Source: Podarcis erhardii (Eukaryota). Taken from it: a stretch of DNA of 64,000 nucleotides. The stretch is from the NCBI GenBank assembly GCA_964252035.1, contig OZ176211.1; one strand, 5' to 3'. Below the pieces are notes generated by a model. It was not told the origin of the DNA. It worked only from the letters and a program-made list of their open reading frames with translations, and ran no database searches. Both the position numbers and the translations under genes were made by a program. Within the stretch, counting starts at the first letter, position 1. Each line of letters starts with the position of its first letter. This document shows positions 22,380 to 33,310 of this stretch, piece by piece.

Positions 22380-24065
22380 CATGCTGCCTTCCATCGGATC
22401 CCGTTTCCCCACGAATTTGCTCTCCTTAGCACTCTCTTCTGACTGTAAGCTGCTTTCTGCTTTCTGCTTGAAAAGAGAGGCGGATTTTTTGTTCTTAAGC
22501 AAGTGTTTGAGGAGTTCATTCCCTGATTCCCCTTTTGCTGCTGGAAGGCTGTCAGGTTGTGCCTGAATTTGCAAAGAAGGGGAAGGCTGCACAGTAGCTT
22601 TCTCCTCTTCCACTTTAATGCCATTTTCATTCTCCATCTTAGGCTCAGCCTCACTAGGGCATTGATCAGTGCTTGTCTTTTCCTGATTAATTTCCTGAAT
22701 GCTCATAGAAGCCTCTGTCTTGTCCTTGTCTGTCTCCTGGTTCATGCCTGGCTGCTCAGGCAATATGTTTTGTGGCAAATCATTACTGGAGAGCTGACTT
22801 TTCAATTCTAAGGAAGACTGACTCTCTGCAGCATCTGGAGGTGATGAGCCTGGCAGCTCCTCTGCCTCCGATTCTCCTGGATGCCGTGGAAGTTCACCAG
22901 GCGTGCCAACTGTTGGGGTGGAGACAGCATCTGAAACAACTGGCGTTGGGGGTGCAGTTATATCTGAATGTGGGGTTGATGGGGTATTTACTGACTCGGC
23001 ATCGTCCTCTTTCTTCTTCTTTCTGGTTCTTTTCTTTTTGCCCTTCTCCTCTGGAATGATATCAGAATACAACTGGATGAGAGACTGACTTGTTCCAGGA
23101 AAGTTTGTTCCATGGGGCATGGCGTCCTGACCACAGGGGGGACCACTGCCAGTTCCAGGAGAAACTCCAGGCAGACCAGTGGCAAACTGAGGCCGAACCT
23201 GGTACTGTGAAAAGCTTCCACGCGGCTGCTTCACAGAATGGAAAGGGGGACTTCCGTCTGGAAGTGGGGGAGGATCGGGTACAAAGGAGGAAGATCCCAC
23301 TGGCTGCCGCTCACTACACTGCGGAAAGCTGGAAGGAGGTGGGGAGTTTAGAGGTCCTTGCTGCATAATGGGTCCCATCTGCTGCTGTTGATGCTGTGGA
23401 GATTGCTGAAGAGGCCGCGAAGGCCGCATGAAATCACAAGGTAGGTCTGAATTGAAGAACGGTATTTGAGGCAAAGAAGTTCTGGCATTTAATTCCGAGC
23501 CCATTGTACTGTGCTGTTCCATTTCCATTTTCTGCTGCAGAGCTCTCTGCCGATCCACCTCCTGCATAAGCTGAATTCGTTGCCTTTCCTGCTGCTCTCG
23601 CAAACGCTCCTTTCGCTCACGCTCTTGAAAGCTTTCACTAAATGGGTTGTTGTCATCGAACTCTACACGTGGTGGTGGCCCTGACTGCACATTTGAGTTA
23701 GGAGCTGACACAGAAGTGGGAGTAACAGGATTCACCGGCAACTGTGCCATTGGTGGCTGCATCCTTGGTACATTGTGTGGGATGTGTGCTGAAGCAGCAC
23801 TGGGCGGTGGTTGCCATCCAGGCAAACTTGGCATTCTGGGTGGATTGGGTTGTCCAGGAACAACTATGGCATGCTGTTGATGCTGAAGCTGTTGAGATAC
23901 CATTGGGAAACTCTGCTGACCCACTGCTGGTGGAGATCCTCCTGTGACCATTGCAGGCTGAGCAGGCAAACCTGGCATCATTGCATGGGGTCCCATTCCA
24001 CATTGTTGCTGTTTAATCCGATATTCTTCAATGAGTTCTGCATGCTCTTTCTGTTGCTTTCGTAT
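22380..24065 (-). CDS. KMT2C: KMT2C exon ~43 (large, contains LxxLL motif LLKHLL)
   Basis: tag|IRKQQKEHAELIEEYRIKQ...RDPMEGSM|gtaacc; 1686 nt = 562 codons. Confidence 0.97.
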
Positions 24066-24331
24066 CTACAATGTAAGCATGTTATTAAGTGATGTCCCAT
24101 AAAAGTACATTTTCTGTTTCTTAAGCTGGAGACTTCTGTGAGAAAACAAACCTTAATACATATAAGTAATGGAAAAATATTTAAGAAAATACTGGGCACA
24201 ACATTTTACAAACTTTCTTGAATATTTTTTTTTTTAAATTAGTTCACTGATATTCATTTCTGTGATATATAAATTCACCCCTTTCCCTTATATTGTCTAC
24301 ATTTGAGCTGCAAAGAAAAGAACGACTGGTG

Positions 24332-24532
24332 CACCTGAAGGGTAGATTTCTTTCAGCTTAGCAGGGCTGGTATGTTGGGTTATGGCTCTACCTAACATAC
24401 CATCCCTGCTAGCTGAAGGAAAACAGAACAACTGACCCACCTGAAGTGTAGATTTCCTGTGGCTTAGCAGGGATGGTATGTTAGGTGGAGCCGTCACCCA
24501 GCATACAAGCCCTGCTAGCCAAGAGGAAATAT
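24332..24532. repeat. Tandem pair of imperfect hairpins (period 106 bp)
   Basis: cacctgaag(g/t)gtagatttc starts at 24332 and 24438; each unit is an inverted repeat with a 9-nt loop. Confidence 0.9.
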
Positions 24533-24602
24533 AGATTAATATGCTTTTCTCTATACCCATGTATTCACCTTTGCCTACTCTCAACTGAGGCTAACACTTC
24601 AT

Positions 24603-24662
24603 GCCTGTGATAAAGTGAACTCTAGTCCATGAAACCTTATGCCACAATAAATTCGATTGACT
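24603..24662 (+). mobile_element. Relic of a second Penelope-type hammerhead-bearing repeat
   Basis: ctgtgataaagtgaactctagtccatgaaaccttatgccacaataaa resembles the reptile ctgatgaagtggactctagtccacgaaagcttatgccacaataaa motif recalled from memory; degenerate. Confidence 0.5.
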
Positions 24663-25261
24663 CTGTTAATTTGGTATGTATTATACTATATTACATTAAT
24701 GTAGCTCCACTCCCCCTGCCCCCAGCTCATGGGCACCTAGAAAATCTGGGTCCCAAAATGAGTAGGAGTCTCCACAAGTAAAGGAGGCTTCACTGCTAAA
24801 GATAGTTACCCTTGAACATGTGGAGGGCAATGGAGATGGGGACAGAGTTATTGTGTTTATTCATGCTCTCCCTACTATGTGTGGTTATTTAAGCCCCATT
24901 ATGAACACCTAAAGTGGGTTCAAGAAAACCCCTGAACTGCAGACCTGACTCTTCAGAAAGAGTGCAACTCCATTCATAGCCAGTTAAAAACCAGCATCCG
25001 GATCAATGTACCATCTTAGCTGGATTATGTTTCAGCTTGTTTGCCATTCCAGAACTGCCTGCAGACACCTGTTCAGGATTTCTACCACCTCCCTGGTAGT
25101 AAATGGGAAAGCAAGGTAAAGCTGTGTGCTATGCTTTTCTCTATACCCATGTATTCATATTTACCTATTTACACTCATTCCAAACCTCTGGATAACCTCT
25201 CTCACTGACTCCATGTGAATGTTAAAAGCACAGGGAAACAAAAGTCTTTCAGCAGCATCTG

Positions 25262-25480
25262 CTAGATCCGCCTCTCCAGAAAAGGCCCAATCCACCATAT
25301 CTTCAAGTTCATTCCAGAGCGGCTATCCAGAAGAGTACTATAGATGATGGTATCAAATGTTGCTGAGAGGTCCAGGAGAAACAACATGGTTGCATTTGTT
25401 CTGTCTGCTCTGTGGCACAGGCAAGGCACCTGGGCAGCCAAGACCATTTTTGTCCCCAAATCAAGTCCAAGGTTAGACTA
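25262..25480 (-). mobile_element. Decayed L2 reverse-transcriptase fragment
   Basis: LFLLDLSATFDTI resembles the L2 RT motif LLDLSAAFDTV. Confidence 0.6.
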
Positions 25481-25706
25481 GACCAGGTTTAAATTTTGGG
25501 AATACCACAACCTGCTCTAACCTGTTCAAAAATGATAGCTTTGACAGGGGACAATAATTCAGGAGTATGTGAAAATATAAAAATACTTATGTGGCTCTGA
25601 ATCTTATATTTTTGTTTCTTTATAAAAAATTGCTACCACCTTTTCTGCCAGTTTTAAAATTGTTGCTATTGGAACACTTGCAATTTAGTTATTGATAAAC
25701 TGTCAC

Positions 25707-25939
25707 CTGTTCAAGTTGTTTTTGAACCATACTCTGCTGCTCAGTAACATGCTTGAGCTGCTCCGCATCTTCCTCTGGGAATTCTCGACCAGCTTTCTTT
25801 GCAGTGCGCTGTTTAGCAGATAGTGCCTTTTTTGATTTTCTGTGTGCTCCAATTTGTTCTTCAAGGAATTTCTGCTGCATCTGAAGAAGCTGCTGTGTTT
25901 CTTGTAGCCATTCTTCATATTGCTTTCTGTGTGAATCAT
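25707..25939 (-). CDS. KMT2C: KMT2C exon ~42 (coiled coil)
   Basis: (N)DSHRKQYEEWLQETQQLLQMQQ...VQKQLEQ; 233 nt. Confidence 0.97.
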
Positions 25940-26593
25940 CTAAGGATAAAACACAACAAATCAATTTTCTTACCATGGGTTTTGCAAACTTTCACAAATC
26001 TCATTTTCAAACTGATTTCAAAAAGAAGGGATTTTCTTTCATATCACCCCCCACACCAAGTATTAACACCTTTCTCTTTTCGTAATAGAGAAAAAAATAA
26101 ATTATTATGAATAAAATAAGAAAAGAGGATGTAAAGCATCAACAAAATCTGGAGCATGCAAGTATGCATTAACATCCTGCAAGGCAGAATTTAAGGCCAA
26201 TCTTTTCTTACCCTAACCAAGAAATCAAGTGCTACCCCTTTGAAACTGACAATGGGGCTACAAAATCTTTTCCCCCCTTTTAAAAAATAGGTTTATATAA
26301 AATACATATGAAAAGGTTAGTCATTATTACCCTAATATTATTATCATCTAAGCAATGCTAGTATTTCTGAGATGTTTCTGCAACTGGTTTTTCCACTTTT
26401 TATAAGTTCGATAGTTGTCACATTTCAAAAGCTTACTATGCACTGGCTCAGAATATTTCAGTTAATTGTGTCATAATTCAATTATTATCTTTGAAAAGGC
26501 TTGTAAATAAGCTGTGTGTATTCTGAAATATAATATATGCCCATGGAGTTGGCTTCAAAGTCTAATATCAGTTTATGAGAGTTCTATACTTAC

Positions 26594-26657
26594 TTACAAA
26601 ACCAGGACCAAAATTTGGAGGGTTGGGCCTAGACATCTGCGGTGTCAGGTTTCCATC
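26594..26657 (-). CDS. KMT2C: KMT2C exon ~41
   Basis: DGNLTPQMSRPNPPNFGPGFV|gtaagt; 64 nt. Confidence 0.93.
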
Positions 26658-27103
26658 CTTGAAAGTGGGGGGGGGGGGGAAACAGAGTGTGTTAAACAAA
26701 ATTCTGTTTTACAGTTGCTCTGAAGCTGTGAGGAATGGGAATCTGTGCTACATTCAACACGTGGCCAAGAGGCTGCTGCTACTGGGTTTGGGTTATAGGT
26801 TGTGGCATACTTATGGACCCAGTCCAGAAAACATCCTGATTCCCTTGTGGGATGATGAGCTCCTCTGACAAAGAGACGATCCTTGCAATAAGGCGTAACA
26901 GTGCAACTCACCTGCTCATCTCAGGTAAGGACAACAATTCAAATGTCTAGGATTTCAATCCAGAGACTTACTCAACTCATGAAAACATTAGTGGCTGTGG
27001 ATGCAGGTTTGTCTGAATACTCTATCCATTATAGCACATCAGCTTTTAGACCACAATTCCACTTACGAAAATCTGCTTTACTTCAAATTTCAGGACACGT
27101 TAC

Positions 27104-27182
27104 CTGTGTGATTGCTTGCTGAACAAGATTCTGGCTTTCACCACTTGGTACTCCTGGCACTGCTTGACCCATAAAGGCAAAT
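27104..27182 (-). CDS. KMT2C: KMT2C exon ~40
   Basis: (R)FAFMGQAVPGVPSGESQNLVQQAITQ|gtaacg; 79 nt. Confidence 0.9.
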
Positions 27183-27573
27183 CTAGTAATGGGTAAATAA
27201 AATCACATTTTGGATTTGTTTTTACAGCTAAAATTAATGAAGTGTTAATAATATGAGATTTTGATATAAACTAATCTCAGAAGGGAAACAGTGTGCTCCT
27301 GGGCATGCACAGTCTGCTGCTTCACCTTCCCAGTCCCTGCCCTTTTCTGCATACCACAGAGTTATTGCTATGTGCAGAGGAATACAGCTGTTTGTGTGTA
27401 TGACATGAATAACATAATAGGAAATTAATGATTAATGGTAAAATTAACACTAAAATTTACTTTGCTAATCTCCCAAGGAAGGTAACAGCTATCAGAATAA
27501 CCTGAAATTTCAGTGAGCAGAAACTCATGCTGATATCTAAGAGAAGCTAAAATAGTCACAAATCTTTGCCTAC

Positions 27574-27685
27574 CTGTTCATGACCATTTGTGGCATGCCC
27601 ATATTGTTCTGTGCCATTACTTTATTGATCCCTTTCAGAGCCACCATTTTCGCTTTCATTATAGGGTCAGTGATTGCATCAAAAT
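27574..27685 (-). CDS. KMT2C: KMT2C exon ~39
   Basis: (D)FDAITDPIMKAKMVALKGINKVMAQNNMGMPQMVMN; 112 nt. Confidence 0.96.
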
Positions 27686-27911
27686 CTATGAAACCAAAAT
27701 TTAAGAAGAATAAGTATTTATTATATAAAATAGCCAGTGTGGATAAGCATATCATTTGTTCACCATTGCTAACCTGTTGAGGCTCATTTTTAAGTTTCAT
27801 AATTATGACAGAAAAACTTGGTCCAGTGGTGTTTTAATTATTTTTAAAGGCAATTTACTGTGGTTACTATAGATCTTTTAGAAATTCACACTTAATAATT
27901 GGTTCAAACTA

Positions 27912-28233
27912 CAGTGGTGCCCCACAAGACGAACGCCTCGCAAGACGGAAAACCCGCTAGATGAAAGGGTTTTCCGTTTTGGAGGCGGTTCGCAAAACGA
28001 ATTTCCCTATGGGCTTGCTTCGCAAGACGAAATGTCTTGTGAGTTCCTGCGGGTTCCCCCCCTTTCCCCCCCTTTTCCTAAGCCACTAAACCGCTTATCA
28101 GCTGATCCGCTAAAAGCCACTAAACCGCTAATAGCGCTAAGCCGCTGTCAATGGGCTTACTTCGCAAGACAAAAAAACCGCTATACGAAGAGCCTCACGG
28201 AACGGATTAATTTTGTCTTGCGAGGCACCACTG
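27912..28233. mobile_element. Tc1/mariner (Tigger-like) MITE
   Basis: TIRs cagtggtgccccacaagac / gtcttgcgaggcaccactg; TA TSD; internal gcaagac repeats. Confidence 0.88.
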
Positions 28234-28408
28234 TATATTAAGACAGGGTGACTCTAATAGATGGATGCTAGAGTGCTGATGGGCATCATAGAGAATGTTT
28301 TAGACAGAAGCAGTTCTCTTAGGTGCCATTTTCCTTCTTTATACCAGCTCTGAGCTAGTGCCAGCAGCATAATACCTTGTTTGCAAGAGAAGTAACCATA
28401 TTGCTGGA

Positions 28409-28549
28409 ACAGATAGGTAGCCGTGTTGGTCTGCCATAGTCAAAACAAAACAAATTCCTTCCAGTAGCACCTTAAAGACCAACTAAGTCAGTTCTTGGTA
28501 TGAGCTTTCGTGTGCATGCACACTTCTTCAGATACACAGTATCTGAAGA
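28409..28549 (-). mobile_element. Short Penelope-like retroelement insertion with 12-bp foldback end
   Basis: 11-bp TSD atattgctgga (28398-28408 and 28550-28560); near-identical to the copy at 43636; carries a hammerhead motif. Confidence 0.8.
28498..28535 (-). ncRNA. Minimal type I hammerhead ribozyme motif, intact core, KMT2C-sense
   Basis: GUAU-CUGAAGA-A-GUGUGCAUGCACAC-GAAA-GC-UC|AUAC: stem I, catalytic core, stem II and palindromic AGCU stem III; predicted cut between 28502 and 28501. Confidence 0.8.
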
Positions 28550-29018
28550 ATATTGCTGGAGGGAGAGAGGGAGGGATGCCTGGTAATGGACTGTGTAGAT
28601 TGCTTACACCCACCCTTGTTTTTGTTTTGAGGTTTTTACTCTACCTGTCGCCTTCATGACAGAGTCTTTCATCAAGGATTTCCTTTTACTGGCTTGCTTC
28701 AACTGAGTAAGCTCACAATTTATACAAATTTCAATAAATTGAAGTGAGAGCTGGAGCAGTGATCTCTCCCTAAATGACTTGCTAACATGACATTCTTGGC
28801 CTTATGAGAATAGCAAAGGTAAGTTTTTGCCATTCTCACACCTGCAGAGCATGTTATACCATGCTCTGAATCCAAAACAAAGAATATACAATGACAATAA
28901 GAATATTAACATATTAACTGGAGTTTGGAAACAGAATATACCACTGGGGAATGTGGTTATAAGGAGTGGCAGAGTAACTGATCTGCACCTGCTTGCCCAA
29001 TCCACTTGAACAGAAACA

Positions 29019-29046
29019 AACACACACACACACACACACACACACT
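29019..29046. repeat. (CA)n microsatellite
   Basis: cacacacaca run. Confidence 0.9.
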
Positions 29047-29511
29047 TGAATGCGTATGCAAATAAAGAACATAAACAGAGTTTGGCAGAATGAAGAAACA
29101 TATTTGCTCTTCCCCTTGTGGAAGACACTTTATATGCTGCACCTTGTCCCAAATTATTCCCTTCGCCTTTACTTCTCACTCTAATTCCCACTCATATTCC
29201 TCCTTCCTAAACTAGGAGGGCCAGTAAAAATGGACTGGCAGCCCCCCACCCCCAAAATTCAATTGAAGTTGACAGCATTGTTTCAAGCTAGGCACCAGAT
29301 GAATATTTCAGCTTCTATAATCCACACTTTCAGCTGCTCAGCAAGCTATGTCTATTGGATTCCGAATACACACTTTCCCTGCAGGAACAGAAAACCTCTC
29401 GGACCTATTCCAATTTCTATTTTCTTTTTTTCTACATACAGATTAAACAAATTAGAAAACACAATAGAGATAATAAATTTTATCAAATGGTGGACATTCC
29501 GAGTATTCATG

Positions 29512-29666
29512 CCGTACTTTACCATGTGTAAGACTAGGTTTTTTTATGTTAAAATAAAGTTTAAAAATTGGGGTCATGTTATACATGGATAGTGCTGAGT
29601 GTATTTTCTTAATTTTGAGTCGCCCAAAATACACGGGGGATGTGTGTTATACACAGAAAAATACGG
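29512..29666. mobile_element. Short decayed Tc1/mariner MITE related to 10974-12042
   Basis: Right end ttatacacagaaaaatacgg-ta; degenerate left end ccgtactttaccatgtgtaagac. Confidence 0.55.
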
Positions 29667-29724
29667 TATATGGTTGTTGGTTTCTATCGCACTTAGCATT
29701 ATCAAAGAAAAAACAAAGACATAC

Positions 29725-31511
29725 CAATGTTGGGGAAAAATGGCTCTGAGCGCTGGCGAATCATGGCTTGCATCTGTCGCTGCTGCTGCTGCTCTTGCCT
29801 TTCTTGATCCAAAAGATCTTGCAGCAGAAGAGGCTGTTCTTCTAGCAGAAGAGGCCTCTCTCGATTTTGCTGCTGGGCTAATGTTTGTGGAATCATCATC
29901 GGCTGTGGCCCAGGCATACCACTGGGGCCGGGTCGATTTACAGCAGGCACAGTTTGATTACCAGGCTGCACCGCCCCAAAGCTATTAGCTGTCTGGCCAG
30001 GAATAAAGGCTGGATTTACCGCTGTCCCTTGTGAGAAGTTATGGCTTATTTGTGGAACCATGTTCACATTAGGTACAGTATTTTCCATGGTTTGACCAGC
30101 AGATGTCATTAAAGTTTGTGGCATACTTGAAACAGGGTTGATTTGTGCTGCTGGCTGTGGATTAGGCGGAGAGCCCAGAGGCCCGACATCAGGGTTTTCT
30201 GAATTCTCATTAGCTAACAAACTTGTAAGAACAGGAGTGGATCCAGAGATATTGCAAGAACCTTGAGCTGATGTTGGAGCAGGGCCCGGAACAGTATCTG
30301 GGCTGGGCACAGTGATTTCCTCATTCATATTTGTTTTGCCAGGTAATTCCACATTACGGGGCATCACAGATGTTGCCTCTCCATCATGTAACTCTGTTTC
30401 AGTCATAAACTGAGCGCCGGAGGATGCCACACTTACATCTCTTTTTTCACTTTCAGATTTAGTTTCTTCTAACGTGTTTGGAGACATAACTTCTGTTTTA
30501 ATTTCACTGACTTCAGCAGTTTTTTTCTGAGGAGACGACGCTGCAGGAGTGGCAGCTTTCTCATCCTGATGCTTTTGCTGAGTATCTTCTGCTTTGCCTT
30601 GTATTTCATCTATGGGGACATTAAGATCTAGCTCCTCACTAAACATACCTTTTTTGTCACCCAAATCGTGGTCTGGATCAGTGTAGGCAATTATGTCAAA
30701 TTCACCTGATCTTAGGAGGTAATCAAGGTGGCGATCATTTGTTTCAAGATTATCTAATGTGTCCAGTTCATCTCCTTTGCCATCTTCTGGGTCTAGATTT
30801 AGATTTTCAAGGTCCTCGTCAACTAAATCTTTAACCTCAACACCCTCAAGGTCCTTGACATCTAAATCTTTTACAGAGGAGTCATCAGGATCAAGCTTTT
30901 CTTCTAATCCATCAGTGGGTTGGTTGGGAATCTGTAAGTCACTTGCTGCCTCAGTAGGTGTTGTTGTTGGCAAAGAACCTCCTGAAAAAGCATCATTAAC
31001 TGGTGGATGACCTAAAGAACACATGACTAATACAGGTGGGTGGTTGGGATTCACTATAGCTTGCTGACCTGGCGGTAAATGCTCCAAACCCGTTGCCACA
31101 TGCAATGGATTGTTTAGGCTTTGAGAATTACGTCTTGTGGGCTCTAGGTGTCTTGGGCCTTGACAGTCCTGTCTAGGTACAAATCCTGTATGTTGTTGAT
31201 GCTGGGGGACTGTATTTGTAACAGCTGACGAGGAATTAAAAGGGAGTCTTGGCCTGCCTTCGGGTGCTCTGTGACAGAGCTCAATAAATGCCTGCCCCAT
31301 GATGTTGTGCTGTTGAACCTGAATACCTTGTGGTGGGAAATGCTGTGAGAGTCCAATAGGGTTGCCCATTTGTGGCTTGTTAGGGAGTCTAGGCATGTCA
31401 ATTGATCTTCTGAGTTGTGGTGGAACTCCAGCACGTTGCATTTGCTGGGGAGGCCCAAGGAAACGTTCTTGACATGGTGGAGGACCATGACCACCTCCAG
31501 AAAAACCAAAT
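29725..31511 (-). CDS. KMT2C: KMT2C exon ~38 (large)
   Basis: FGFSGGGHG...ERPLLLEEQPLLLQDLLDQERQEQQQQRQMQAMIRQRSEPFFPNI; 1787 nt. Confidence 0.97.
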
Positions 31512-32320
31512 CTGGGGGGAAAAATATTTGGTTGACTTGGATTGCACATTGTAGAAAGTTTACACAACAAATCAATTTTGTGGGATATTATATCTTTTGA
31601 ATAAATTGAAGTGACACCTTTGCCAGCCTATTTACATTATGACTGGCTGTTACTGAAACAAATTATTGGACTAGATGTTCATTACATCTAAAGTAGCAAT
31701 ACATTGCTTATCTTCATATTTTGATGAAATCCAGAGTAGGTGTCAAAAGAGAGTGGACTGGTTTAAATTAAGGCAATTTACATAACTACTGAAATAATGA
31801 AGAAAAACAAGTGAAAAAAATCAAGTTTCAGGCTAATCCATGTATTATCTGGGCTAAACAACATTTACTGCAATAAGGAAATACAAGTTTGCAATATATT
31901 ATTTATAGTCTGCCCTTAAACCTATAGTCTCAATAGAGCCTCATTACTGCCCGGAACATACCTTTGTTCTGTCATATATTTTGCACTAAAGAATTTAAAC
32001 CTACTTGTAGAACAATTTTGAAATTAAGGATACTAAACAAGATCACTTACTTGAAGAGGTTACATATTTTTGCCCCTGCTTCAGTGTTTTTCACAGAAAA
32101 GCAAATGTTCAGCAGGTTCGATAAAAGGGTCATGAATTCAATTTAAAGTGATTGAGTGTAGCCTTTAATGTATGTGCAGCATTACATTCAGATATAATTT
32201 TAAACCGGAACATTTTTAAAGGGTCACTTAATATAAGCAACACTTAAAACATATAGATAAAGAACCCTCAAATTTATTAAATGACGACATATTTTATGAT
32301 GAAGTAATCAAGAAGTATAC

Positions 32321-32625
32321 CTAATTCCATGAGGTCTCATTGCTATTCCACCCATATCTCCTGGAAATTGGGGTCTATTAAACTGCCCATCGATGGGAAA
32401 TCCTGTGAACCTCAGTCCGCTGGGAGGGACAATGGCTGACCTAATATTCCCAGGATACGGAGGAGGAGGTCTGTTAAAAATCTGGTTCAGATTTTCTTGC
32501 TGCTGCCATGGTTGAGTAGATCCTGCATGAGGTGCTGTGGTAGGCTCTTGTGGCATTTTCTCTTGACGGATTGCATTCTTCTTTTGTTGCTGCTGCTGCA
32601 GAATAATCTCACGTAATTTCTGGCG
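32321..32625 (-). CDS. KMT2C: KMT2C exon ~37
   Basis: RQKLREIILQQQQQKK...RPPPPYPG...MRPHGI; 305 nt. Confidence 0.96.
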
Positions 32626-33310
32626 CTGACAGGGAACAAAAACATTTCAGCTTATTTATTTATTTCATTCTTATCCCCCCCCCCCTTCATCAGCAAGCGA
32701 TCCCAGGACAGGTTATATACATAATGAAACATCAAAACAGAACAAACAGTAAATAAAATATTAGAAGAACATAGAAAAAGCACATAAGTAACACATATCT
32801 CCTTCCAGTATTAATACCACAAAATCAGTTCCCCTCTCTGCATCAGAAGCCTGAAGGAAGAGATGAGCTTTTGGCTGGTGCTAAAAACACTAAACAATGT
32901 CCGCACCAGCCATTATCTCGAGGGGGAGATTATTCTACAATTGGGGTGTCACCACTGAGAAGATCCTATTTTATGTAACTGAGTACCCCTCAAGAGATGG
33001 GACAAGCCGAAGGGCCTCCCTGGAAGTTCTTAAAGCTGAGGAAGAAAAATAAAGGAATATGTGTTCCTTCAGGTATCTCGGTTGTATGTTGTTCAGGGCT
33101 TTGTAGTCACCACTAAACCCTGAAGTGGTTTCACTAGGATACAGACAGTGTTAAAGGACAGAATACAAAATAGCTGCGTCTTATAGTATAAAAAAAAACG
33201 ATTTACTGATCCAACACAGCCACAATGTTTCTAAAAGCTATTGATAAGTTCCATCAACTCTGGCATCTCATAGTTTTCACAAGCACGTTATTCAACAACA
33301 GTAAACTCAC

